From Octopus vulgaris (taxonomy: Eukaryota), in the NCBI GenBank assembly GCA_951406725.2, contig OX597825.1:30628001-30692000 (forward strand): DNA of 64,000 nucleotides, read 5' to 3'. The position numbers and the translations under genes were made by a program. Shown piece by piece: positions 13,661 through 26,391 of this stretch. The notes beneath the pieces are model-generated. The model had not been told where the DNA came from. It did not search any database and worked only from the letters and a program-made list of their open reading frames with translations. Numbering within the stretch: the stretch's first letter is position 1; each line of letters begins with the position of its first letter.

Positions 13661-14006
13661 CTGTATTCCATTCCTGCCATTCTCTCCTATTACTCTCTCT
13701 CTGTGTTCCAGTCCTGCTTTTCCTATTACTCTCTCTTCCTCTATTGCACCATCTTCCAATTTTTGGTCAAACACAAAATTGTTGGATGTGCCAGTTAAGT
13801 CTGGATGTTTAATATTTGCATATAAATCTCTCTTGATCACATTGTTTCTATTCAATCTCCTTACCATCAAGCAATGGTTTCTCTCTCATTCTCTCTCTCT
13901 TTCACTTGCTAGAAACTCACAAGATTATCCACCATCTTTCCAATAACAACTTTGGTTACCATTTCAAATTCAAAATCTTTACTGACCATGGACTTGCTTA
14001 TAAAAT

Positions 14007-14219
14007 CCATCCTTCTACAAGCACAAAGCCTGAAATTTGGTTGGAGGGGACTTGAAATTGATTTCATTGACCTCAGTACTTAACTGGTACTTATTTTATC
14101 AACCCTCCAAAAGGATGAGAAGCAAAGCCAACCCAGGCAGAATTTGAACTCAGAACGTCAAGACAAATGAAATGACACTAAGGATTTTCATCAATGTTCT
14201 AATGACTCTGCCAGCTTAA
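14007..14219 (-). mobile_element. SINE family B (older copy) with TSD
   Basis: Same core as 13440-13660; flanks GACTTGCTTATAAAAT (13991-14006) and GACTTGCTCACAAAAT (14220-14235). Confidence 0.85.
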
Positions 14220-14587
14220 GACTTGCTCACAAAATAAAAAAATAAAAACAGAGCTGAATCCGTGATTCTCTGAAACATTTGACATGTCCAGAATTGTCAA
14301 AGCATGGAATAAACTACCCATGTCAGTTGTTAACTGTCATGACACTGCATCCTTCAAAAGTTCTAAACTTCTTAAAACTCAGCACTATTTCTAGCATGTT
14401 TGTGCAACCTTTCCTCTTTATGGATCTTTTGCTGATCACCTTCAAGCCTTGATGTGAAGGAAGTTGTGTACTGTACAGAACTTTTTGGAAATCTGTGCAG
14501 TCTTCTTTACTTGACTTATTGCTGCTTTCTGTTTTTCTCTTTTACTCTTTTCCATTCAGCTGTAATACACCTGAGCACTGTGTGCAA

Positions 14588-15060
14588 TCATCATCGTCAT
14601 TATCGTTTAACGTCCGCTTTCCATGCTAGCATGGGTTGGATGATTTGACGGAGGTTTGGCAAACCAGATGGCTGCACCAGACTCCAATCTTGATCTGGCA
14701 GAGTTTCTACAGCTGGATGCCCTTCCTAACGTCAACCACTCTGAGAGTGTAGTGGGTGCTGTTACGTGCCACCAGCATGGGGGCCAGTCAGGCGGTACTG
14801 ACAATGACCTCGCTCGAACCTTTTTACATAGGCCACCGGCACAAGTGCCAATAAGGCGATGCTGGTAACGATCATGCTCAGATGGTGCCTTTCACGTGCC
14901 ACCGGCACAGAAGCCAGTTAGCCGCTCTGGCAACTATCACACTCAGATGGTGCTCTTAGCACCCTACTAGCACGGGGATCAAGTAAGGCAACGCTGGTAA
15001 CGATCACACTCAAATGGTGCCTTTTATGTGCCACTGGCATGGAAGCTGGTTAGCCGCTCT
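14588..15060 (-). mobile_element. RTE-tail repeat with internal tandem subunits
   Basis: Family tail plus duplicated GCTGGTAACGATCA...ATGGTGCCTTT...GTGCCAC...GTTAGCCGCTCT block. Confidence 0.85.
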
Positions 15061-15483
15061 ACTGTTCTGTTCTGTTATATTCTATCAACTTCTCTTCTTC
15101 TTAACTCTCTGCCTGTCCAATGAGGTGAGGAAAGAAAGAAAAGACTAAAGAGTGACAATACAGAAAAGTGACAGCTCACTTTAGTATTTCTTGATGGCAG
15201 TGACTGAATGAAGAGAGAGGCCACTTAAAATAAATGAAACTCTTAAGCCTAGTCAAAGACAAAACAATCTCTCTTTTGATGATTCCATGATAAAATGCAC
15301 CCAGATTAGACTTTAAATGGTTATTGATAAGAAAGGTATCCAGTCATACAAGTTCTACCAACAAATGGAATGTGAAGCAAAACATGGTCCCCACTCTAAC
15401 TAGGAGAGTATTAATTCTGAACAACATTGTATTGGATATAAGCCATCCAGCTTATATCAATGTGGAGGAACAGATGTAGTGAT

Positions 15484-15990
15484 GAGGTGTTCGGAAAGTA
15501 ATTACATTTTTTAACCGCTATGAAATATGAATCATCCAATCACATCAGAGCCAAGGTCAAGTGGGTGGGAACTGTCCAGAAATAGTATACTATCTTTTCT
15601 ATCCAGTAGTGTGTCTTTCATAGTTATTTCAGTAATTAACTCCATGAAGGATAAGAACTTTATGAAATTATATATTAACCATTGCTTGCTGTATGAGTTT
15701 TGAAAGAAAATTACCACTATAGAAGCAATGTAAAGCATTTGCGAAGTGTATCCAGATGCAGTAAAAGCTTGCACTTCAATGGCGATTGTAACATATCTGA
15801 AAAGCTTTGCTCTGGAAGATGACCCACTCTGAATGACAACCTTTTGAATGAGATTATTTTATAGGATCCACATCAAAGCACCAGAGATTTGGTAAAAAAA
15901 ATTCATGTCATATTCAACTATCCACAAACATCTCAAGCAAATTGGGAAAACATGTAAAGAAGGAATTGGGGTTCCACATGAACTTACGCT
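15484..15990 (+). mobile_element. Mariner 5' half remnant
   Basis: TIHKHLKQIGKTCKEGIGVPHELT (decayed WVPHEL). Confidence 0.7.
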
Positions 15991-16014
15991 TGAGAACTTT
16001 CTAGAAGTATTGTA

Positions 16015-16497
16015 AGGAGCTGAATCCTACAGCCATGCATACGGCCTTCCAGCAGCAGTCCTCTCTGACCAGGGTTGAGCACAGTATCCAAAAGCTTCAG
16101 ATACCCATCCAAATTGGACCTTATTCAAAGATGTGGGGACAAATTCAGGTATGCAGATGCAGTCAGAAAACCTGCTGTGTCCCTTCCTGCTGACCACAGC
16201 TTTGTCGTTTCCATTGCAGCTGTCCAAGTCATGTCTTTCAGCCTTTACAGTATTCACAGAGCACTGGGCAGTAGTCATGGTGTAAGCCTTTTAATACCTG
16301 GCATGAATCAACATGATACAGGTAATTCTCTTCCAATATTCAGATGGCCTCTAGTCTACCATATCACCTAACTTTTTCTCAGCTACAACTTTTATCTTCA
16401 TGCTCTCCAATGCCGTTGACTGTTCACCAACACATCAAGATGTTCCTGATAAAAAGGAAACATAAAAAATCCTGAAATTTAGCCCAAACACTCTGTA
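16015..16497 (-). mobile_element. DD37D/maT-type transposon remnant
   Basis: Minus strand PWSERTAAGRPYAWL*DSAP matches the 2072-2900 element; ends with TIR-like TACAGAGTG (minus strand). Confidence 0.6.
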
Positions 16498-16510
16498 TAT
16501 GTATGTATAT

Positions 16511-16812
16511 AACGGGGGAGCACTCCGTCGGTTACGACAACTAGGGTCCCGGCTGATACGATCAATGGAACAGCTTGCTCATGAAATTAACATGCAAGTG
16601 GCTGAGCACTCCACAGACACGTGTACTCTTAATGTAGTTCTCAGGGAGATTCAGTGTGACACAGAATGTGACAAGGTTGGCCCTTTGAAATACAGGTACT
16701 ACTCATTTTTGCCAGCTCAGTGGACTGGAGCAATGTGAAATAAAGTGTCTTGCTCAAGAACACAATGTGTCGCTGGGAATTGAACTCATGACCACTAAGC
16801 CATGCACCTTCA
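16511..16812 (-). mobile_element. tRNA-derived SINE family C, tail type 1
   Basis: Head GAAGGTGCATGGCTTAGTGG...GAGTTCAATTCC; core CTTGAGCAAGACACTTTATTTCACATTGCTCCAGTCCAC; same as 25421-25745. Confidence 0.85.
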
Positions 16813-16849
16813 CTGTATGTATATATGTCTACATGTATATGTATATTCT

Positions 16850-17185
16850 GAGTCCCCCTTCGGTCACGACACAGACCATGGGATTGCACCTAGAAAGTTA
16901 CCCTCCCAGGCACAAGTCTGGGCAAGGTTATTTATGGAAGACCAGCAGTCGCCCATGCATACCGGCCTCCCCTCTCCACACCACCAGTGTTATCCAAGGG
17001 AAAGGCAACGGCCGAAACAGCTTGGCACCTGTGACATCGCAACTCATTTCTACAGCTGAGTGAACTGGAGCAATGTGAAATAAAGTGTCTTGCTCAAGAA
17101 CACAACATGCAGCCCAGTCCGGGATTCGAGTTCACAACCTCACGATCATAAGCTCGACGCTCTATCCACTGAGCCATGCACCTTC
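16850..17185 (-). mobile_element. SINE family C, tail type 2
   Basis: Same head and core as 16511-16812 (B box GAACTCGAATCCC) but unrelated 3' half. Confidence 0.85.
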
Positions 17186-17187
17186 AC

Positions 17188-17254
<67 letters not shown>

Positions 17255-18237
17255 CACATATTATATACATATATAACAAATACACACGCACATACAAATA
17301 CATGCAAATGCATATGCATTGTGTGTGTGTGTGTAAGAAGCATGAATGCCGAATAGCAGAGACATCAGATAAATATGACGAATATGAGCAAAAGTTCCGC
17401 AATAATAAAATATGAAATATTGAGAATTTTTCTCTTTTTTTCCTTTTTTCTGTTTTCCAGTTCTATTAAAGATTTATGAATTCAATTTTTTCAAATCATT
17501 GCCTGAAATTTGAAGGGGAAAAAGTCCCACCAAATTTTTCAATATCTTTTCAGTAAGATATTACAGCCATGACAAGTAAGTTAATTATGTCCGTTGGATA
17601 TGCAATGGTAAATTACATAGAAGGCCTGAGGAAAGCTTCTGGGAATCAAACCTTTGGTAATATCTACAAGAGGTTTGGCTGTATTGTTACTGATATATAA
17701 AGCGAATGAATGATATTTTTTAATAAATTAGTCAGAGGAGAAAGGGGACAACTCCAGGCATGTTTTGAAGGGCCTGCCACTAATGTTAGTGTGAAGAAAT
17801 TATTCTCAAACCAGAGCCTTGCCTGAATTCTTGCAGTAGATTGTGGCTTTAGTTAAACCAGGTGACAGATTAGCACAGCCATCCATAAAGAGGATTATCT
17901 CCTAGAACAGGCTTCTACATGTTTACTGTCTCCCAAATTCCATTCACAAGCTGTTGCTTGATCCAAAGCTATGGTACATGACTCTTACCCAAGATGTCAT
18001 GCACTTGAATTGAACTCAAAGCTACATAATTGTAATGAATGCTTTTTAACCACACAGCCATATCTGTATTCATTGCATATGCTCAGTGGAATAAGTATTG
18101 CAGAATATTATAATATCATTCATAATGCCATGATAGTCAGATTATGAAAGAATTACTGAGACTAGTTATGATTTATACTGAATTTCAAACACAGAGTGAT
18201 GCAAAACTCACAATGTTACTAATATTACAATCCCATC

Positions 18238-18647
18238 AAGGTGGCGAGCTGGCAGAAATGTTAGCACGCTGGGTGAAATGCTTAGCGGTATTTTGTTTGC
18301 CACTATGTTCTGAGTTTAAATTCCACTGAGGTTGACTTTGCCTTTCATCCTTTCAGGGTCAATTAAATAAGTACCAGTTATGCATTGGGGCCAATATAAT
18401 CGACTTAATCCGTTTGTCTGTCCTTGTTTGTTCCTTCTGTGTTTAGCCCCTTGTGGGTAGTGAAGAAATAGGTATTTTGTCTGACACTATGTTCTGAGTT
18501 CAAATTCCGCTGAGGTCGACTTTGCCTTTCATCCTTTTGGGGTTGATTAAATAAGTACCAGTTATGCACTAGGGTCAATACAATCCGTTTGTCTGTCCTT
18601 GTTTGTCCCCTCTGTGTGTAGCCCCTTGTAGGAAGTAAAAAAATAAG
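18238..18647 (+). mobile_element. SINE family B with internal tandem duplication and 17-bp TSD
   Basis: Body from GGTATTTTGT onward repeated twice; flanked by AATATTACAATCCCATC (18221-18237, 18648-18664). Confidence 0.9.
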
Positions 18648-18667
18648 AATATTACAATCCCATCTAT

Positions 18668-18878
18668 AAGGTGGTGAGCTTGCAGACCTGTTGGTATGCC
18701 AGGCAAAATGCTTAGTGACATGTCATGTTTTTATACTCTGAGTTCAAATTCCACCAAGGTCAACTTTGCCTCTCCACCTTTTCAGGGTCAATAAAATAAG
18801 TACCATTTGAGCATTAGAATCAATGTAATTGACTTACCCTCCCTTCACCAAAATTGCTGGCCTTGTGCCAAAATTTGA
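18668..18878 (+). mobile_element. SINE family B (older variant)
   Basis: AAGGTGGTGAGCTTGCAGA head, GAGTTCAAATTCC B box; followed by AATATTACAAACCCATC. Confidence 0.85.
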
Positions 18879-18902
18879 AATATTACAAACCCATCTTGTG
18901 CA

Positions 18903-19274
18903 TAGGTGTAGGAGTGGTTGTGTGGTAAGTAGCTTGCTTAACAACCACATGGTTCCGGGTTCAGTCCCACTGTGTGGCACCTTGGGCAAGTGTCTTCTAC
19001 TATAGCCTCAGGCTGACCAAAGCCTTGTGAGTGGATTTAGTAGATGGAAACTGAAAGAAGCCTGTCGTATATGTGTATATATACGTGTGCATTGCTTGAC
19101 AACCGATGCTGGTGTGTTTACGTCCCCGTAACTTAGCGGTTCGGCAAAAGGGACCGATAGAGTAAGTATTAGGCTTCCAAAGAATAAGTCCTGGGGTCGA
19201 TTTGCTCAACTAAAGGCGGTGCTCCAGCATGGCCACAGTCAAATGACTGAAACAAGTAAAAGAGTAAAAGAGTA
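18903..19274 (+). mobile_element. SINE family A
   Basis: Near-identical to 11061-11450. Confidence 0.9.
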
Positions 19275-20655
19275 TACCAATTTATGGAGTGTCTCGGTTG
19301 GATTTTCATACTGGTACAACTGGTGAGGTTTACCTTAAGTTCTATGAGATCGGAAAGGCCTCGCCACCTTATGGTATGTTCATTCACTCAGTCACAACTG
19401 ATGTGGTGAATAAAAGTAACAATGGTGATAGAAGATGAACCAAGATGAATGAGGCAAAAAAAAACAAAAAGACAAAAACAAAAAAAAACAGATATTAAAA
19501 TGTTGATAACAATAATAGAAAAATATTCTGAAAAACCTTGATAGGTGAACCATTGAGTGGCCACCAAAGATATTACCTTTTTTCAAGTGTTTTAAGCCAG
19601 CAATGATGCAGCTTTTTATGTTTGAATTCAAGACAAGCACTGCCTGAACAAGGAATCTAATCTACTTTATAGACTTGGCGGACTGGTAATAATCTTTCTA
19701 TCGTTCTAAGTTTTCTGCAGATAGAGGTAACGAAGATGACGATGATGATATATCCAAACAATGGTTTAATTCATTTGATATATACTGGTAAATTGATGTT
19801 GTTCCAAGATTAAAATTGAATAGAATAGTTGTTCAGCAAGTGATTCTTCTGTATGCAAGATACTTTAATGTGGAGAGTTGAGGAATTAATTACCACAAAG
19901 ATATATTAGCAGCATAGAATTTATGACAATTTTCAAATCCATCATTCGCTTTACTATCCCATGTCAGGCAGAGGCTGTTGCTTCAGAAGATACATGGCAA
20001 TATAATAAATACTTAATGCAATGAAGCATTTGACCGGTGTTTCTAATCACATTAATTTCTTCTTTATTCCAATATTTAAGACTTAGCAAGTACGATACTC
20101 ACTTTAAAAATAGTTTAGAAGTTGAAAATGGTTTCAACAAGTCAGCTGTCTCCATGGAAGCTCTACGACTGTTGTGTGTGTTATACATTTTAAAGGTGTT
20201 ACAGAGCTGTTCATAAAGATTTGGTTGTACATACTAAGCAGATTATATAAAAAATGTAAAAAATTTATATGTAAAAAATTATACTCCCTGGGAAACATCT
20301 TTATAGTTGATAATACTTAATATAATCAAACACTATCTACCAAAAAATCACTTAATCAATTAAGATTACATCCACGGTAAGAAAAGAAAGAGAAATTATT
20401 AGCTTTCATGTTAAATTCTTGCTAAAAAAATTCTTAGGGAGATGTTTTGAAATGCAAATTAATTATGAATTAAGTGGTGGCATTAAGTAGGAAGCATGCC
20501 TGATTTTTAGCAAACACACTTACTTTGTGTGTGTGTGTGTGTGTGTGTGCACATGCATGTGTGTGTGTGCATGCATGTAGTGTACATGTGTGTATACAGG
20601 GAGTGAGAGATAGAGAGAGAGAGAGGGGGAGAGAGAGAGAGAGAGGGATATACAG

Positions 20656-20687
<32 letters not shown>

Positions 20688-20899
20688 TTAATAAATAAAA
20701 CATATGCATATATACATACATATATGTACGTACCTACCTCTACGTGTATATATACATGCATATATGGGTACAGGACACCAAAAAAACGTCGAACACAATG
20801 AGAAACGAAAACATAAACACAAAACCAAGGAAATGGACATTTTTCTTAAACAACGAAAAAATAGAGCGCAGGACAAATAACATGTACATACACACTCAT

Positions 20900-20932
<33 letters not shown>

Positions 20933-21134
20933 TATATTGGCATATAAATAACATGACAGATAATAAAGATTAAAGATATTCATGTATATGTACCTGTTTG
21001 GGCATTCAATGTAAATGAAATCGAGGTAACAGAAATGTTCAGTTGAAATTTCAGTAAGCTGTACAGGTTGTTTTTATTTCTTGCTAACTGTAACTCAATT
21101 ATTAATCAGGAATTAAAAATTTGGGTTTATTAAT

Positions 21135-21505
21135 CACAGAGTATATTAGTAAAGCCATATGGAATCAAGATATATCTTGAACAATATTTATTTTGCTTAC
21201 ACATGTTTCGAATAGTTCAGCAAATTGCATCCATTGGACGTTGAGGATTGCATTCTGAATCAATCCATCATTTGATTGATTAATTAACCAAATTTATGGA
21301 GCTCCTCACTGCTAAGCCATTCTTTTCAAAGTTTAGTAGTCAACAGTTCCATAAATTTGGTTAATTAATCAATGAGATGATGGATTGATTAAGGATGCAA
21401 ATCTCAATGAGCAACGGATACAATTTGCTGAAATATTTGAAGCACATGTAAATGAAATGAATATCAATTAAAATGCAGCTTCATTCTCTATATCTTTACT
21501 CTGTG
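21135..21505. repeat. Imperfect fold-back, ~165-bp arms, ~42-bp spacer
   Basis: AATCAATCCATCATTTGATTGATTAATTAACCAAATTTATGGAGC mirrored by GTTCCATAAATTTGGTTAATTAATCAATGAGATGATGGATTGATT; CAGCAAATTG/CAATTTGCTG. Confidence 0.85.
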
Positions 21506-21711
21506 TGTATGTGTGTGTGTGTGTGTGTGTGCATAAATTTAAAATCTGCATGGAGCCTAATAGGCTCATGAGGTATGAGCTTATCTCAGTTTTCATGGCA
21601 AATAACCGAGTGTGCAAGACTCACTACAAAATGTGATGCTAGTTCACTGTAAGTTGAACCTTCTGGTTACTCTGAGATTGCATTGGCATACACACACACA
21701 CACACACACAG

Positions 21712-21744
<33 letters not shown>

Positions 21745-22072
21745 GAGAGTTATTGGATAAAGGATTATCAATGTTATTGGATAAAGGATTATCAATACTA
21801 ATACACCAGGATAACAAAAGGTTTTCTGATTGGTATAGAACTCCAGGTAATTCTAAAGCAAGATCCAAAAAAGAATTCCATTATTGGTCGACTTTGTAAA
21901 TTCATAATTGCTTTCCCTAGTTAATATGGCATTTTCCACAGAATTATATACTAGAAAAGGTACAAATAATGGGCTTTAAACATTTATTTCAGCACAAATA
22001 AATAAAGCTGTAAGTTTACAATGCATAAATAAATATGTAAAGCCCATTATTTATGCCTTTACTTATACATAC

Positions 22073-22480
22073 GTGCATGCAGCTGTGAGGGGAAATCATC
22101 AAATCACCATCTGTAAGTTATCAGAGGATGTGCAGATCAGTTATGGTTCAGTTCAGTCTATTATCACTGAAGATTTGGGTACAAGACATGTGTCTGCCAA
22201 GTTTGTGCCAAAACTGCATTCAGCTTACCAAAAAGTCACTCGGGTTTCAGTTGCACAATATCTCCTTGACTGAGTCGAGAACATTTACAATCTTCTGAAA
22301 ACTTCGTGTAGGCCTCTGAGCAGGTATCGCCAAGCTTTTGGCATAACTTGACGCAAATTCTCTGCTCAAATTTCTCTGTCATGGTCAGTGCAACAATCAC
22401 ACACTACACATCTTCCTTCCAAGCACTACTGTAAAACGTGGAAATGAGCTAGAATGTTAAAACTTACTGTACATGCACAG
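22073..22480. mobile_element. Rearranged irritans-like mariner fragments
   Basis: + strand ISYGSVQSIITEDLGTRHVSAKFVPKL; - strand MTEKFEQRICVKLCQKLGDTCSEAY (N-terminus) at ~22305-22383. Confidence 0.8.
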
Positions 22481-22940
22481 CAGAGTTCAAGGTCAATCTG
22501 TGCCAAGCAGCTTTACTCTGCATGCTTTAGTTTCGTTACTATGGCAACAGTCTGGATATTTATTGATCAGACCACATACATACAACAGGCTTCTTTCTGT
22601 TTTCACGAACCAAATCCTCTCACAGTGCTTTGGTCAGCTCAAAGCCTTAACAGTAGACACTTGCTCAAGGTGTCATGCAGTTGGACAGAACCTGGGACCA
22701 TGTGGTTATATATAATAGAACTTAAAACATGAGTGTAAATTTTTTTTTAAATTGGCAGAAGTTATAAAGTGATTCAGGAGCAAAAAATTTCATTGAGGGT
22801 ACTTAAAGTGTGATAAGTGCTGTGTTCAAAACTCTCAGTCCCTGAGTTTCTTTGTAACTTCTACTAATCAAAAATAAACACACATACACATATTTGAAGT
22901 AAGAATTTTCTCAGAATTATCAACTATTTGAAAAGAAAGA

Positions 22941-23495
22941 TCATAGAAAAACAAAATGACAGAAACCTTTTAGAAAGAAGTTTTGTATTGGCATGTAAGC
23001 ACTTCTAGTGTTAAAGTTTCCAGATACACATGTTATTGGGCAAGCCATTTAGAGGCAGTTGTTCTTGGTAGTGATGTTGGCTATTTTGGGTTTAGTTTCA
23101 GATTTAGAATTTTATAAAGTATTCTTCTTCCTTTATTTTCAAAAAGGGGAAATATTTTAAATTTTCTATTTGCACACATTAAAAATTCATCTCTTAGAAA
23201 TGTTCCATGTAGTGAACATACTGACATTTGTGCAAATGAAAAATTAAATATTTCCATTTTACAAAATAAAGAAGAAAATAATCAACTACAAAAGACAAAA
23301 GAATACTTTTTGAAAATTCTAAATCCAAAACTAAACCAGAAATAGCCCACACTGCTACTATAAACAACATATGCTATATGCTGTATGGATTACCCCAAAA
23401 CATGTGCTTTTGAAAAATTTTACAACAAAAGCACTTACACACGAAATATGTAAACTTCCTTTCAAAAGATTCTTGTCATTCTAGTTTTTCTAAGA
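22941..23495. mobile_element. Old fold-back/MITE with long degenerate inverted arms
   Basis: GGCTATTTTGGGTTTAGTTTCAGATTTAGAATTTT vs AAAATTCTAAATCCAAAACTAAACCAGAAATAGCC; TAGAAAAACAAAATGACA vs TGTCATTCTAGTTTTTCTA; ATTTGCACA/TGTGCAAAT. Confidence 0.75.
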
Positions 23496-23509
23496 TTTGT
23501 TTTTATAAA

Positions 23510-23721
23510 TCTCTCTTTTACTCTTTTACGTGTTTCAGTCATTTGAGTGCGGCGATGCTGGAGCACTGCCTTTAGTCGAGCAAATCGACCCCAGGACTTA
23601 TTCTTTGTAAGCCTAGTACTTATTCTATCGGTCTCTTTTGCTGAACCGCTAAGTTACAGGGATGTAAATTCACCAGCATTGGTTGTCAAGTGATGTTGGA
23701 GGGATGAACACAGTCACACAA

Positions 23722-23770
<49 letters not shown>

Positions 23771-23965
23771 AATGTATATATATATATATATACATATATG
23801 CGATGGGCTTCTTTCAGTTTCCGTCTATCAAATCCATTCACAAGGCTTTGGTTGGCCCGAGGCTATAGTAGATGACACTTGCCCAAGGTGCCCCACAGTG
23901 GGACTGAACCCAGAACCATGTGGTTGGTAAGCAAGCTACTTACCACACAGCCACTCCTGTGCCTA
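23510..23965 (-). mobile_element. SINE family A, full length
   Basis: Reverse complement of the 11061-11450 family. Confidence 0.92.
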
Positions 23966-24042
23966 TAGTTAATTTTTAAGAAAATCTAAAATCTTTCTTC
24001 AGATATTGTGATTGTATCAAATATTTTAGCAAATGCTTTAAA

Positions 24043-24103
<61 letters not shown>

Positions 24104-24116
24104 ATGTGTGTGTGTT

Positions 24117-24157
<41 letters not shown>

Positions 24158-24451
24158 TGAATAGTTGTGAAGCAAAGGTTGGAAGGTTGAAAATTTTTCT
24201 TGTGGCTAGAAGCGTAATACGAGTTAAACAGCCTAAAGATACCTCAAAATGGTAAAATTTAAAATATTCCAATATGCAATTAAAAGTCTGCAAAAAAATG
24301 GTAAATATCTCAGAAAGACCTCCAGCATGGCTGCAGTCAAATGACTGAAGCAAGTAAAAGACTCACAGATGAAAGGTAGAAGAAAGTGGTTCACTAACTA
24401 TACTGGAGTAATGGAGAAAGGCTGCCATATCTTTAATCTTTAATCTTCTAT

Positions 24452-24960
24452 CTTTTACTTGTTTCAGTCATTGAAATGCGGTCATGCTGGAGCACTGCCT
24501 TGAGGGTTTAGGCAAACAAATCAACATCAGTACTTATTTCTTAAGCCTGGTACTTATTCTATCATGTCTCTCTTGTTCCTTCTCGAGCCATGCCTGGCTC
24601 ATAAGGACCAATTTCCCGGTTTCCTTGGCGTATAGGTTCCCCACCTGGATGGGACACCGGTCCATCACAGGTGAGCAGCAAGATGCAGGAGGAAAGACTG
24701 AGAGAAAGTTGTGACGAAAGAGTCAGCAGAAGTTTGCCATTACATTCTGCTGGACCCGCGTGGAGCTTAGGTGTTACAGTCATAAACACACACATCGCCC
24801 AGTCTGAGATTCGAACCCACGATCCTTCGACCGCAGGTCTGCTGCTCTATCCACTAGGGCATGTGCCTCCACTAGTCTTTCTTGCCATACCACTAAGTTA
24901 CAGGGATGTCAATAGAGCAACACCAGTTGTCAATCAAGTGGGGCGAACAAATGCATACAA
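24452..24960 (-). mobile_element. SINE-A tail interrupted by a tRNA-headed SINE (~24563-24871, MetaSINE-like 3' block)
   Basis: SINE-A ...GTACTTATTCTATC stops at ~24561 and resumes at ~24875 (...CTAAGTTACAGGGATGT); insert has head GGAGGCACATGCCCTAGTGG, B box GGGTTCGAATCTC and CCTGTGATGGACCGGTGTCCCATCCAGG. Confidence 0.8.
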
Positions 24961-25059
24961 AAGACACACACAAACACACAGATATATATACATATATGTG
25001 TGTATGAGTGTGTGGAAGACCCATCTTCCACAACAGAAGTGATGAAGAAGACTGGCCTG

Positions 25060-25290
25060 CAAGAGGCCTGTGCCAGTGCCATATAAAAAGCACTCATGCT
25101 GGAACTTTGTTTAAAATACCCAGCATGCACTGTAAAGTGGTTGACATTAGGAAGGGCATCCAGCCATAGAAACCATGCCAGATCAGATTGGTGTCTGGTG
25201 CAACTCTCCAGCTTGCTAGCTCTGGTCAAACCGTCCAACCCATGCTAGCAGAAAAATCGGATGTTAAATAAGAATGATGATGATGATGAT
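25060..25290 (+). mobile_element. RTE-tail repeat
   Basis: TTAGGAAGGGCATCCAGCCATAGAAACC...CCAACCCATGCTAGC...(GAT)n. Confidence 0.85.
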
Positions 25291-25420
25291 ATTTATATGA
25301 TGGTCTTTCCATCAACCAAATTCACTCACAAGGCTTCGGTTGGCCTGGGTCTAAAGTAGAAGATACTTGCTCAAGGTGCCAGAAGAATAAAATAAACATG
25401 GTCATTAAAATAGTCATTTG

Positions 25421-25745
25421 TGAAGGTGCGTGGCTTACTGGTTAGGGCATTCAGCACACGATTGTAAGGTTGTGAGTTTGATTCCCAATGACACATTGTG
25501 TCCTTGAGCAAGATACTTTATTTCATGTTGCTCCAGTCCCACTCAACTGACAAAAATGAGTTGTACCTGTAATTCAAAGGGTCGGCCTTGTCACACCCTG
25601 TGTCATGCTGGATCTCCCTGAGAACTACATTAGGGGTACGCATGTCTGTGGATTGCTCAGTCACTGGCACATTAATTTCACAAGCAGGCTGTTCCATTGA
25701 TCGTATCAGCTGGGACCATCGTCGTCATAACTAACAGAGTGCTTC
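25421..25745 (+). mobile_element. SINE family C, tail type 1
   Basis: Reverse-complement match to 16511-16812. Confidence 0.85.
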
Positions 25746-26359
25746 TTTTTTGTGTATCACACTTAACATGCACCACTGACAGGCAAGTAGCTGCAGTTTT
25801 TGTCCAAGATAAGATTTCTTATAGATGTGCTGTAATCTACATTATTTTGCAAGACAATGCTATACATGCTTTAAGTATAATACATAGTTGATTATTTTCA
25901 TTTAATGCCGTTTCATTTGCACAGCCCAAGTTTTTATTCAGTTTGGCAGCTCTTCACAATATCAGTGAATATATTTTTATTCACTGCTTCCCATTTTTCA
26001 GAGGTGACAAATTTTGTCAAAACTTGGGCCTACGAACACATGTAATTCACAAGGCCCAAGACGGCCAAGGTGTATCTGAAATTTTTGGCAGCCACTACCA
26101 GGATGATTTTTTTTTTGCCTCCCTCCAATATTGATTATGTTTTTGACACAGCATGTCCACAAGAGATTTTACTTCAGATAAAAACTGCACTATCTTGCAG
26201 GTCAGCAGTGTATGTACATTAAGGATGATAGGTAGATGGCTATTTTAGTCTAATGCTGATTCACTTGCATATACTGATTTTATAAATCTGAGCATTATTT
26301 AGAGAGCAGACATAAAGGGGGATAAGAAGCTGAATGGTGTAATTATGATTGTGTGTGTA

Positions 26360-26391
<32 letters not shown>

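Noticed and set aside
13019-13798. 259-aa ORF
   Set aside because: Runs through CT-rich low-complexity DNA and an antisense SINE-B
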